This document shows positions 50,802 through 59,904 of a DNA stretch of 59,904 bases, piece by piece. Every line of letters begins with the position of its first letter. The first letter of the stretch is position 1. The notes beneath the pieces were generated by a model. It did not search any database. It was not told where the DNA came from and saw only the letters and a program-made list of their open reading frames with translations. Source of the stretch: Pseudomonadales bacterium (lineage in GTDB: Bacteria > Pseudomonadota > Gammaproteobacteria > Pseudomonadales > UBA7434); NCBI GenBank assembly GCA_013043705.1, contig JABDNS010000098.1:1-59904 (forward strand), in the 5' to 3' direction. The position numbers and the translations under genes were made by a program.

Positions 50802-52538
50802 ATGCAGCACGTCCACATCCGCGTCCTGTTGATCAATGAAGATCGCGACCAGTACGTGCGCATGGTTAATCTGTTGCAAACAGTGCCCGGCGTGCACTAC
50901 GAGATGACCTGGTGCGCGGACTACCGGCATGCGCTGGAAGCCATGACCACGCCGATCCACGACGTGGTGCTACTCGACTTCGAGCACGACCCGGCGGCGT
51001 GCCGCGAATTGCTGCGCGCAGCGAGTGCCCACGACTGCGGCATCCCTATCATCTGCCTCACGCCCGAGATCGACGAAGACCTCGACCGAGCGGTGATAAA
51101 GGCCGGTGCCGCCGACTACCTGCTCAAATCGCGGCTTAGCGCCGACAGCCTTGAGCGCGCAATTCGTTACGCGATAGATCGCAAGCAATCCGAAGCGCAA
51201 CTTGCCAGGCTCGCACACTACGACTTGTTAACCGGAATCCCGAACCGGCTGTTGTTCAACGATCGCCTCGATAGGGCATTGCAGCGCGCCAAGCGCGGTG
51301 ACGCACCGTTTTCATTATTGTATGTAGACCTGGACGGTTTCAAGGCGATTAACGATACCCACGGCCACGACAAGGGCGACATGCTGGTGAAGGGAATTGC
51401 CCAGCGCATTAGCCATTGCATACGTCGCACCGACTCGGTGGCGCGTATCGGTGGCGATGAATTTACCGTGTTGCTTGAGCGCGCCAGCTCAACCACGGAC
51501 GCGGTGAGTATCGCGCAAAAAATTATTGATGTGGTTACCGAGCCCTTTGATATTGGCACCCAGCATGTGCGCGTGGGTTGCAGCATCGGCATCGCGACCT
51601 ACCCGGATGCGGGCCAGGATGCACACACACTATTACATCATGCGGACATGGCTATGTACGAAGCAAAAGGTATTGCGGGTTCCAACTACCGCTTCTTTAC
51701 CGACAAGATGAATGTTGAGGCAGGCGACCAAAGCAGGCTGGAGCAAGAGCTTCGCAACGCGTTGAATGAAGATGAGTTGGGCTTGTATTTCCAGCCGCGC
51801 ATTTCGCTGCGCACCGGTAAAGTAGTTGGCGCAGAGGCGCTGTTGCGTTGGCATCATCCCGAGCGCGACGTGGTGTTGCCGGGTGAATTTATTGACCTCG
51901 CCGAGCACGCCGGCTTAATGCCCAGTATTGGCTATTGGGTTTTGAATAAACTGTGCGGCGATATTTTGAAGCTTAACGAGCTGGGCATTCCACCGCTCAG
52001 GTTGTCGCTAAACGTTGCGCTCACACAGTTTGCCGAGTCGGATTTTGTGGAGGGCGTGCAAAAAATTCTCGACAACCACGAAGTGGGCGCCGAGCGTTTT
52101 GAGTTTGAATTGGCAGAGCCCGACTTGCTCAACAACCTCGACCTGGTGGCGCAGGATATGCGTGCCTTGGCCGAGCGCGGCGTGCGCTTTGCGCTGGATG
52201 ATTTTGGCACCGGCTTCTCTTCGCTGCCGCAGCTACAGCGATTGCCGGTATCTACGCTGAAGTTGGATACCAGCCACGTACAGCGGGTTACCGAAGACGA
52301 AGACGCAGCCAAGATTGTGCGCGCAATGATTTCGCTGGCGCATGGCCTGGGCTTACAAGTGGTGGCCGAGGGCGTTGAAACCGAGGCGCAGAAAGAATTT
52401 TTGGCCAACCATCGATGCGACCAACTGCAAGGTTACTACTACGCGCCACCACTACCGTTCGATGATTTCCTGAAGCTGCTGCAAAAGCGTGGCACCACGT
52501 CGCGGCGAAGTTATCTCTCGGTGGTCGAAAAGAACTAG
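50802..52538 (+). CDS. Response-regulator receiver-GGDEF-EAL protein
   Basis: REC domain (VVLLDF acceptor Asp, CLT, DYLLK), GGDEF (ARIGGDEFTV) and EAL (AEALLRW...DDFGTG...KLD). Confidence 0.9.
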   Translation: MQHVHIRVLLINEDRDQYVRMVNLLQTVPGVHYEMTWCADYRHALEAMTTPIHDVVLLDFEHDPAACRELLRAASAHDCGIPIICLTPEIDEDLDRAVIKAGAADYLLKSRLSADSLERAIRYAIDRKQSEAQLARLAHYDLLTGIPNRLLFNDRLDRALQRAKRGDAPFSLLYVDLDGFKAINDTHGHDKGDMLVKGIAQRISHCIRRTDSVARIGGDEFTVLLERASSTTDAVSIAQKIIDVVTEPFDIGTQHVRVGCSIGIATYPDAGQDAHTLLHHADMAMYEAKGIAGSNYRFFTDKMNVEAGDQSRLEQELRNALNEDELGLYFQPRISLRTGKVVGAEALLRWHHPERDVVLPGEFIDLAEHAGLMPSIGYWVLNKLCGDILKLNELGIPPLRLSLNVALTQFAESDFVEGVQKILDNHEVGAERFEFELAEPDLLNNLDLVAQDMRALAERGVRFALDDFGTGFSSLPQLQRLPVSTLKLDTSHVQRVTEDEDAAKIVRAMISLAHGLGLQVVAEGVETEAQKEFLANHRCDQLQGYYYAPPLPFDDFLKLLQKRGTTSRRSYLSVVEKN

Positions 52539-52587
52539 CCAGCCCAGTACTGGAAAAACTGGCACCTACCCTTGTTTGAATTCAATG

Positions 52588-53256
52588 CTAGTCGCGCAGG
52601 CTGATTACGCGCCAGCCCTGCTGCCTGGCGTGCGCACGCAGTTTGTCGTCGGGGTCTACCGCAATAGCTTCGCCAACGTTCGCCAGAAGCGGAATATCGT
52701 TGTGTGAGTCGCTGTAAAAGCAGGCTTGCTCGAGCAAAAATTCGCGGTTTTTCAACCACGCCTGCAAACGCTCAACCTTGCCGTGCTGGAAACAGGGCGT
52801 GCCAGCGGGCGCGCCGCTGAAGCGGCCTTGAATAATTTCGGCCTGGCTGGCAAGCAGTTCGTCGACCCCAAGTAAATCGGCAATCGGCCGGGTTATAAAT
52901 TCCGACGTTGCGGTGATAATCAAAAGTTGGTCGCCCTTTGATCGATGCGCTTCCAGCAATGCGTCGGCGCGCGGCAGGCGCAACGGCTCGACAACTTTTT
53001 CAACAAAGCGTTGCAGTAGTGGGGCTATCTCGCTGGGCGACTTGCCTACAACGGTGCTTAAAACAAAACGCAGGTAGGCATCTATATCCAGCGAACCGTT
53101 TTCATAGTCGGCATAGAACGCATCGTTGCGGCGAAGGTGCTCGTTGGCATCTACCAGCCCCTCGCCAACAAGAAACTCGCCCCAGGCGTGGTCGCTGTCG
53201 CCGCCAAGCAGCGTGTTGTCGAGATCGAAAATTGCCAGGTTTGCGGTTGGCAGCAA
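52588..53256 (-). CDS. HAD-IB family hydrolase (SerB-like)
   Basis: LAIFDLDNTLL motif I, ITATSEF and YSDSHNDIPLL. Divergent from rppH, as in Pseudomonas. Confidence 0.8.
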   Translation of the reverse strand: MLPTANLAIFDLDNTLLGGDSDHAWGEFLVGEGLVDANEHLRRNDAFYADYENGSLDIDAYLRFVLSTVVGKSPSEIAPLLQRFVEKVVEPLRLPRADALLEAHRSKGDQLLIITATSEFITRPIADLLGVDELLASQAEIIQGRFSGAPAGTPCFQHGKVERLQAWLKNREFLLEQACFYSDSHNDIPLLANVGEAIAVDPDDKLRAHARQQGWRVISLRD

Positions 53257-53416
53257 ATTATCCAGTTGAACCTCTCCTTTAGGAAATTCTTGCGAGCATC
53301 CGCTAAGACGCGCATGTCGCGGCGTTGTATTATAGCCACTTAGAAAATATGGGCGGGAGCGCTGCAGCTTCGGCCTTTTTTACAAATACCCGCTGCAAAC
53401 GGGCGAGCGCAAAAAA

Positions 53417-53923
53417 TTGCTGGACTCATCAGGCTACAGGCTTAACGTGGGCATCGTCATTGCCAATGGTGACGGCGATGTGCTGTGGGCCAGGCGCGCG
53501 CGGCAGAGCGGCTGGCAGTTTCCGCAAGGTGGCATCGTCGATGGTGAGTCGCCTGAGCAGGCCATGTACCGGGAGCTCGATGAAGAGGTGGGCCTTGGCC
53601 CCGACGATGTCGATGTTTGGGGCGCCACACGTGGCTGGTTGCGCTACCGGCTGCCCGAAAAAATGGTGCGTTCCGGGAAACAGGGCACGGTTTGCATTGG
53701 CCAAAAGCAAAAATGGTTTTTGCTTTACTTAAAATCACCCGACGAGGCGGTGAAGCTACACACCAACGCCAAGCCCGAATTCGATGAATGGAAGTGGGTG
53801 ACCTATTGGTACCCGGTTACGCAGATTATCGATTTCAAGCGCTGGGTGTATAAGCGCATGCTCAAAGAGCTTGCGCCGCCGCATGCCGAAAGAATGCGTC
53901 GCCTAGGCGCTAAACCCCGCTAG
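53417..53923 (+). CDS. rppH: RNA pyrophosphohydrolase RppH (NudH)
   Basis: GYR.NVGIVI...[10 protein letters not shown]...QAMYREL.EEVGL Nudix box, collinear with E. coli RppH from residue 1. TTG start. Confidence 0.93.
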   Translation: MLDSSGYRLNVGIVIANGDGDVLWARRARQSGWQFPQGGIVDGESPEQAMYRELDEEVGLGPDDVDVWGATRGWLRYRLPEKMVRSGKQGTVCIGQKQKWFLLYLKSPDEAVKLHTNAKPEFDEWKWVTYWYPVTQIIDFKRWVYKRMLKELAPPHAERMRRLGAKPR

Positions 53924-53950
53924 CGGCCAAGTGAGTATCCTGCAATCACC

Positions 53951-56236
53951 ATGAGCATCCTGCAATCGCTTAGTACCATTGTGCAGCGCGTTAATGCAGC
54001 GCCCGACCTGCAGTCGGCGCTGAATATTATCGTGCGCGATGTGCGCAGCTCGATGGGTACCGAAGTGTGCACGGTGTACATGGCCGACCACGATGAAGGG
54101 CGGCTGGTTTTCGCCGCCACCGAAGGCCTGAATCGCGAGGAGTTGGGCAATGTCAGCCTTAATTTCGGGCAGGGGCTGGTGGGTAAAGTGGCGTCGCGCG
54201 AGGAGCCCATCAACACCAGCAACGCACAGGAGCACCCCGACTTCCAGTATCTGGAAGACATTGGTGAAGAGGCTTTTAATTCCTTTCTAGGCGTGCCTAT
54301 TGTGCACCATCGCACGGTGCTCGGTGTGCTGGTGGTGCAGCAAACCGACAGGCGCAGTTTCGACGAAAGCGAAGAAGCTTTCCTGCTTACCATGGCCGCG
54401 CAGCTGGCCAGCGTTATCGCACACGCGCAGGCAACCGGCGCGCTGGAGCCCTCTAACGATCGCACTGTGGTGAACGCCGAATTTCGCGGCATTGCCGGTG
54501 CCTCCGGGGTTGCGATAGGCCAGGCCCTGGTGGTATCGCCGCCGGCAGATCTGTATAGCGTGCCTAGCCGCCGCAGTCGCGACATCTACGAAGAACTGGT
54601 GTTCTTTCGCGCCTGTGTTTCGCGCGTGCGCAAAGATGTGGCGCTGCTTAGTTCACAGCTGGCCGATCGCTTGCCGCCCGAAGAGCTGGCACTGTTTGAA
54701 GTCTACGCAAAAATGCTCGACCAACACGCGCTACCGGCAGAAATTGAAGCGTTAATCGAAGCTGGCGAGTGGGCGCAGGGGGCGGTGGCGCGCGTGGTAC
54801 TGGCGCACTTGCGTCAATTCGAGCAAATGGAAAACAGTTATCTTAGCGAGCGCGCGGTAGACGTGAAGGATTTGGGTAGGCGGCTGCTGGAGTATTTGCA
54901 GCAGGCTGCGCACGAGCCGATGATCTACCCGGAAAACGTAATCCTGGTCGGCAATGAAATTACTGCCACCATGTTGGCCGAGGTGCCGCGCGAAAAGCTG
55001 GCCGGCATCGTATCGTTGAAAGGCTCGCACAACTCGCACGTAGCTATTTTGGCGCGCAGCATGGGTGTCCCCACGGTAATGGGCGCGGTCGACCTGCCCT
55101 TTACCGAAATTGAGGGCAATGAATTAATTGTCGACGGCTATGCCGGCGTAGTATTTTTTAATCCATCGCTGGAACTACGCGCCTCCTACCAGCAAATTGC
55201 CGAAGAGGAGCAGCTGGTATCGCGCGGACTGGAAGCGCTGAAAGATCTCAGTTGCGAAACTACCGACGGGCATAAGATTTCATTGATGGTGAATACCGGC
55301 CTGGCCTCCGATGTTTCGCGCTCGCTTGATCGTGGCGCAGAGGGCGTGGGGCTGTATCGTACCGAAGTGCCGTTTCTTATGCGCGACCGCTTCCCCTCCG
55401 AGGAGGAGCAGCGTGCCATCTATCGCATGCACCTTGAGGCCTTTGCACCCAAGCCGGTAACCATGCGCACGCTTGACGTGGGCGGCGACAAATCACTGCC
55501 ATACTTCCTGATTCACGAGGACAATCCTTTTCTTGGCTGGCGCGGTATTCGCGTAACACTGGATCACCCGGAAATTTTCCTGCCCCAGGTGCGGGCCATG
55601 ATGAAGGCCAGTGAGGGCATCGACAATCTGCGCATCATGTTGCCGATGATTACGCATATGGAAGAGCTCGACCAGTCCATCGCGCTGATCAAGCGAGCTT
55701 ATAAGGAGTTGCTCGACGAGGACTTCAAAATTAATTTCCCGTCAATCGGTGTGATGATCGAGGTACCTGCGGCAATTTACTTAACCCGCGAGATGGCCAG
55801 CAAAGTGGATTTCATATCGGTAGGCAGCAATGACCTGACCCAGTACTTGCTGGCGGTTGACCGCAATAACCCTAACGTCGCCGACCTGTACTTGTCTTAC
55901 CATCCGGCGGTGCTGCAATCGCTGCAACTAATAGTGCTGGCCGCGCACGAGGTGAACAAACCGGTAAGTATTTGTGGCGAACTGGCCAGCGACCCGGGTG
56001 CGGCGCTGCTGCTGCTGGCGATGGGTTACGACTCGCTGTCTATGAACGCCACCAACCTACCAAAAGTGAAGTCGGTGATCCGCGCCTTCAGCAAACAGGA
56101 AGCCGACCATTTGCTGCAACAGGTAATGCTGATGGACAGCGCTGATCGCGTGCAAACTGCAGTAGAAGACATGCTGGAAAGTCGCGGCGTTACACGGCTG
56201 TTCCGGGATTCGCGGCGCGAGCGAGACGCCAGATAG
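53951..56236 (+). CDS. ptsP: Phosphoenolpyruvate-protein phosphotransferase PtsP (EI-Ntr, GAF domain)
   Basis: N-terminal GAF domain, then an EI core (GSHNSHVAILARSMGVP phospho-His region, GLYRTE, IGSNDLTQY). Confidence 0.95.
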   Translation: MSILQSLSTIVQRVNAAPDLQSALNIIVRDVRSSMGTEVCTVYMADHDEGRLVFAATEGLNREELGNVSLNFGQGLVGKVASREEPINTSNAQEHPDFQYLEDIGEEAFNSFLGVPIVHHRTVLGVLVVQQTDRRSFDESEEAFLLTMAAQLASVIAHAQATGALEPSNDRTVVNAEFRGIAGASGVAIGQALVVSPPADLYSVPSRRSRDIYEELVFFRACVSRVRKDVALLSSQLADRLPPEELALFEVYAKMLDQHALPAEIEALIEAGEWAQGAVARVVLAHLRQFEQMENSYLSERAVDVKDLGRRLLEYLQQAAHEPMIYPENVILVGNEITATMLAEVPREKLAGIVSLKGSHNSHVAILARSMGVPTVMGAVDLPFTEIEGNELIVDGYAGVVFFNPSLELRASYQQIAEEEQLVSRGLEALKDLSCETTDGHKISLMVNTGLASDVSRSLDRGAEGVGLYRTEVPFLMRDRFPSEEEQRAIYRMHLEAFAPKPVTMRTLDVGGDKSLPYFLIHEDNPFLGWRGIRVTLDHPEIFLPQVRAMMKASEGIDNLRIMLPMITHMEELDQSIALIKRAYKELLDEDFKINFPSIGVMIEVPAAIYLTREMASKVDFISVGSNDLTQYLLAVDRNNPNVADLYLSYHPAVLQSLQLIVLAAHEVNKPVSICGELASDPGAALLLLAMGYDSLSMNATNLPKVKSVIRAFSKQEADHLLQQVMLMDSADRVQTAVEDMLESRGVTRLFRDSRRERDAR

Positions 56237-57024
56237 TGGAGTGGTTGCTGTACTTGCTGCTGGGCGCGGTTGCCGGCGTGCTGGCGGGTTTGTTCGGTGT
56301 GGGAGGCGGCGCGGTGATTGTGCCGATGCTGCTACTCGTTTTCGACCTGTTGAATTTTGCTCCAGCGCTGATGGTGCACACTGCGGTGGGCACATCGTTC
56401 GCGGCTATTGTTTTAACCACGCTGGCGTCTACCCGCGCACACCATGATATGGGCAATGTGGAGTGGCCGTTGTGGCGCATTATGGCGCCCGGGCTGCTGT
56501 TTGGCGTGATGTTTGGCGCATGGGTAGCGAGTTTGCTCGATGCTGCAACGCTGCGCACAGCAATCGCGATTTTCCTGCTACTCATCGCTATGCAAATGCT
56601 TTCGCGCTGGCAGCCACCCGCGGTGTTTGAGCGCGAATCGCGAACCGGGCATGTTGTTGCCGGTGCGGGCATAGGTTGGGTCAGTGCATTTTTTGGTATA
56701 GGCGGTGGTTCACTCACGGTGCCGTACCTGAACGCCTGTGGCAGGCCAATGAAAAACGCGGTGGCAACATCGGCGGCCTGTGGCGTTCCTATCGCAGTGT
56801 TTGGCGCCTTGTCTTACCTGGTGCTGGGCTGGTCGGCCAGCCGCGATGTTGCCTGGACCAGCGGTTACCTGTATTGGCCCGCCTTACTTGGCATTGGCAT
56901 TAGTAGCGTGCCTTGTGCGCGCTTCGGTGCGCAGCTGGCAAGCAAGCTTGACGATGCGACGCTGCGCATCCTGTTTGCACTATTCATACTGACTATTGGC
57001 GTGTACCTTATCGCGTCAAATTGA
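56236..57024 (+). CDS. TauE/SafE-family anion exporter
   Basis: 8-TM protein with duplicated GxGGG motifs (LFGVGGGAVIVP and FFGIGGGSLTVP). GTG start overlaps the ptsP stop by 1 nt. Confidence 0.85.
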   Translation: MEWLLYLLLGAVAGVLAGLFGVGGGAVIVPMLLLVFDLLNFAPALMVHTAVGTSFAAIVLTTLASTRAHHDMGNVEWPLWRIMAPGLLFGVMFGAWVASLLDAATLRTAIAIFLLLIAMQMLSRWQPPAVFERESRTGHVVAGAGIGWVSAFFGIGGGSLTVPYLNACGRPMKNAVATSAACGVPIAVFGALSYLVLGWSASRDVAWTSGYLYWPALLGIGISSVPCARFGAQLASKLDDATLRILFALFILTIGVYLIASN

Positions 57025-57094
57025 TCAGGCGAGCCAGCGATGGCTTGCAAGCACTACTCACTCATATCCCACTTATGCAGGCGCCAGGCTAGCC

Positions 57095-57874
57095 ATGCTC
57101 ACTTATCCTGAAATTGACCCGGTAATTTTTTCAATAGGACCGGTGGCCGTGCGCTGGTACGGCACCATGTACCTGTTGGGATTCCTGGCCTCCTATTGGC
57201 TGGGTCGGCGCCGCGCACAAAAGCCATGGTCGCCGCTGGCCAAAGAGCAGGTAGAAGACCTGGTGTTTTACGGTGCGCTGGGTGCGGTGCTGGGCGGCCG
57301 GGTTGGCTACACCTTTTTCTATGGTTTCGAACGCCTGCTCGAAGACCCGCTTTGGCTGTTTCGCATATGGGAGGGCGGCATGTCTTTCCATGGCGGCCTG
57401 CTCGGTGTGATTCTGGCGATTTGGCTGTTCGCGCGAAAATCCGGTCGCGCCTTTGGCGACATCTGCGATTTTGTTGCACCGCTAACACCACTGGGGTTGG
57501 GTTTCGGCCGCTTGGCCAACTTTATTAACGCCGAACTCTATGGCCGCGCCACTGATGTGCCCTGGGCGATGGTGTTTCCCGGCGATCCGCAGCAATTGCC
57601 GCGGCACCCCTCGCAGCTTTACCAGTTTGTGCTTGAAGGTGTATTACTGTTTGCACTGTTGTGGTGGTTTTCGGCCAGGCAGCGGCCGCGCTGGGCTGTA
57701 TCGGGTATGTTTCTTATCGGCTATAGCATGGTCCGGCTCGGGGTAGAATTCTTTCGCGAACCAGACGCCACGCTGGTATTTGGCGAGCTTACCCGAGGCC
57801 AGTTCCTGTCGCTGCCAATGCTGCTCGCTGGCGTGCTTATGATAGTATTCGGCGCCAGGCGCAAAGCCGAATAG
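57095..57874 (+). CDS. lgt: Prolipoprotein diacylglyceryl transferase
   Basis: [27 protein letters not shown] and GR..NF.N.ELYG motifs. Uses the internal ATG at 57095. Confidence 0.93.
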   Translation: MLTYPEIDPVIFSIGPVAVRWYGTMYLLGFLASYWLGRRRAQKPWSPLAKEQVEDLVFYGALGAVLGGRVGYTFFYGFERLLEDPLWLFRIWEGGMSFHGGLLGVILAIWLFARKSGRAFGDICDFVAPLTPLGLGFGRLANFINAELYGRATDVPWAMVFPGDPQQLPRHPSQLYQFVLEGVLLFALLWWFSARQRPRWAVSGMFLIGYSMVRLGVEFFREPDATLVFGELTRGQFLSLPMLLAGVLMIVFGARRKAE

Positions 57875-57933
57875 CGGGCTTTCTCGGCCAATGCTGTTAT
57901 TTGCGATTTAATAATTCCGGACCAACACAGCCC

Positions 57934-58728
57934 ATGCAGCAGTACCTCGACCTGATGCGCCATGTGCGTGAGAACGGTGTGTTCAAAGAAGATCGCACCG
58001 GCACTGGCACGCTCAGCGTCTTTGGCTACCAGATGCGCTACAACCTCGCCGAGGGTTTTCCTGCGCTGACTACCAAGAAGCTGCATATGCGCTCCATCAT
58101 TCATGAGCTACTGTGGTTTTTGCGCGGCGACACCAATGTTGCCTACCTGCGTGAAAACGGCGTGACTATTTGGGACGAGTGGGCCGATGCGAATGGCGAG
58201 CTGGGGCCGGTTTACGGGTACCAGTGGCGCAGTTGGCCCACCGCCGATGGCGGCAGCGTCGACCAGATTCGCCAATTGCTCGGTCGCCTGCAGAGCGACC
58301 CTGATTCAAGGCGTCACCTGGTCAGTGCCTGGAACGTGGCTTGCCTCGACCAAATGGCGTTGCCACCGTGCCACCTGTTGTTCCAGTTTTATATTGCCGA
58401 TGGCAAGCTGTCCTGCCAGCTTTACCAGCGCAGCGCCGATATATTCCTGGGCGTGCCTTTCAATATCGCGTCTTATGCGTTGCTCACAATGATGATTGCG
58501 CAGGTGCTGGGGCTGGGGCTTGGCGATTTTGTGCACACCCTGGGCGATGCCCATCTCTACCAGAATCACCTGGAGCAGGTCGACCAGCAGTTATTGCGCT
58601 CGCCGCTGCCGCTGCCGACGATGCAGCTGAATCCCGAGGTTAGCGATTTATTTGCCTTCCGTTTCGATGATTTTGCGCTGCAGGGCTACGAGCACCACCC
58701 GCATATTGCTGCGCCGGTAGCGGTCTAA
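57934..58728 (+). CDS. thyA: Thymidylate synthase
   Basis: MQQYLDL...DRTGTGT.S.FG, LPPCH..FQFY and DAHLY motifs. Uses the internal ATG at 57934 (264 aa). Confidence 0.97.
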   Translation: MQQYLDLMRHVRENGVFKEDRTGTGTLSVFGYQMRYNLAEGFPALTTKKLHMRSIIHELLWFLRGDTNVAYLRENGVTIWDEWADANGELGPVYGYQWRSWPTADGGSVDQIRQLLGRLQSDPDSRRHLVSAWNVACLDQMALPPCHLLFQFYIADGKLSCQLYQRSADIFLGVPFNIASYALLTMMIAQVLGLGLGDFVHTLGDAHLYQNHLEQVDQQLLRSPLPLPTMQLNPEVSDLFAFRFDDFALQGYEHHPHIAAPVAV

Positions 58729-59224
58729 GCCAGGCGAGGCCGCGCGGGTGCTATGGCGAGAGGTGCTGGCCAAATAAGCTACCGCAACAACAAGTCAACG
58801 CGCCGTGCCGGGTCCTTTAATAAGCTGAATGGGTCATTTGCTGGCCATTTCTTCACGGAAGGTGGCACCAGAATCGACGGGATTAACGCATAGTGTTGCG
58901 ATTTCTTCACATTTTCATTATTGTTCAGCTGCTTGTCGGGCATTTAGGTCGTAAACAATGCTGTCGCCATCGCAATAGCCTGACGGCAATAGAGTCCCAG
59001 GCGTGACGGTGCCGCACACACGATGCACGATAGCGGCGCTGGCGAGGTTGAAGTAGCGGTTTTAAAAAAAAGAAGTACGTAGCTCGCAGGAACCATCAAA
59101 CCTTCGAAGTCACAAGCTTCTTTTTTTCTAAATCGCAAACGCTCGTCCTACCGCTAATGCGTGGCTAAACGCTTTGCGTATGTAGTTGTGTGTTTACGAA
59201 TTGTCGAGAAACACGGGAAAGACA

Positions 59225-59251
59225 GGAAATACTGGAAATACTGGAAATAAC
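59225..59251. repeat. 3 x 9-bp direct repeat (GGAAATACT)
   Basis: ggaaatact at 59225 and 59234, ggaaataac at 59243. Preceded by a degenerate gggaaagac copy. About 65 nt upstream of the DUF3450-type ATG. Confidence 0.8.
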
Positions 59252-59315
59252 AGTCGCGCGGTATAGCGTTTTGCCTCGCAACGAAAAGATTTAAATAACT
59301 CGGAATCAATCGCTC

Positions 59316-59904
59316 ATGTTTAAGCATATGAAAAGGTCCAGCTTGCACCGCCTCGCGGTGAGCATAACCCCGTTAACGGCGCTAATGTTTTGTTTTAGTG
59401 CCGGTGTTCAGGCCGATCGGCTGGATAGGGTTTTCCAGGTAAGCCAGGCAACGGTTGAGAAAGCGCAAAGCAGCCAGGCGCGGATCGACGGCATTGCCGA
59501 CCAGACCAACGACCTGCTGCAGGATTTCAAACAGGTCACCAAGGAAATCGAGGGCCTGCGCGTTTACAACGCCCAACTGGAAGCACGCATCCAGAACCAG
59601 TTGGAACGCGTTGCCCAAATCGACCAGTCGATTATCGATGTTAAGAGTATCCAGCGACAGATTCCGCCACTGTTGGAACGCATGCTGGATGGCCTCGAGA
59701 GCTTCATAGAGCTAGACGTGCCGTTCCATTTGAATGAACGTCGCGAGCGCGCCTCGCGTTTGCGCGCGAACATGAGCAAATCAAACCAGTCGATAGCGGA
59801 AAATTTTCGCCAGGTACTGGAAGCCTACAAGATCGAAAATGAATATGGCCGAAAGCTGGAAGCCTATGAAGCGTCGATTGATTTCGCTGGCGACGGTATA
59901 GAGC
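59316..59904 (+). CDS. DUF3450-type protein of a TonB/ExbB-associated cluster (3'-truncated by the window end)
   Basis: Not in the ORF track because it has no stop. My translation from ATG 59316 stays open to 59904. Signal peptide ...FSAGVQA. Coiled-coil, then FIELDVPFHLNERRER and VLEAYKIENEYGRKLEAY blocks as in DUF3450. Confidence 0.75.
   Translation, partial: MFKHMKRSSLHRLAVSITPLTALMFCFSAGVQADRLDRVFQVSQATVEKAQSSQARIDGIADQTNDLLQDFKQVTKEIEGLRVYNAQLEARIQNQLERVAQIDQSIIDVKSIQRQIPPLLERMLDGLESFIELDVPFHLNERRERASRLRANMSKSNQSIAENFRQVLEAYKIENEYGRKLEAYEASIDFAGDGIE

Noticed and set aside
58905-58932. Fur-box-like TTTTCATTATTGTT upstream of the TonB-associated gene
   Set aside because: It is only a partial match to GATAATGATAATCATTATC, lies about 400 nt from the start codon, and has no dyad symmetry.

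Overview
This window reads as a core chromosomal region of a moderately GC-rich gammaproteobacterium. Gene order resembles the Pseudomonas/Cellvibrionales type. It is densely packed with recognisable housekeeping genes:
- apaH-apaG-rsmA-pdxA-surA-lptD, with amgK-murU
- rpe and trpE-trpG-trpD-trpC
- vfr/crp with an OsmC-like gene, and coq7
- pckA and yrfG-hslR-hslO
- engB, cytochrome c4 and dsbA
- pntAA-pntAB-pntB
- gcvT-gcvP and rep
- rppH-ptsP, then a TauE-like gene, lgt and thyA
- a 3'-truncated DUF3450-type gene at the right edge

I saw no rRNA, tRNA, CRISPR array, transposase, integrase or phage genes, and I cannot point to a convincing multi-gene novel system.

The features not explained by ordinary annotation are small-scale:
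- A pair of LexA-box-like palindromes sits on the promoter of an unrecognised 146-aa gene.
- Two unrelated 18-bp tandem arrays (6 and 5 copies) lie just upstream of two envelope genes. One array carries TGGCAC sigma54-like cores.
- A perfect CRP/Vfr palindrome lies upstream of vfr.
- An orphan acidic Gly-linker lipoprotein has no recognisable family.
- A fully degenerate GGDEF protein keeps its RxxD site, within a window that holds four c-di-GMP proteins.
- lptD carries an internal 21-bp repeat insertion.
- gcvP has no usable ATG start and there is no gcvH.
- Two intergenic regions are unusually long and structured (rpe-trpE, and thyA to the DUF3450 gene).

All functional calls come from my own recognition of the translated ORFs and motifs. 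No database search was run.
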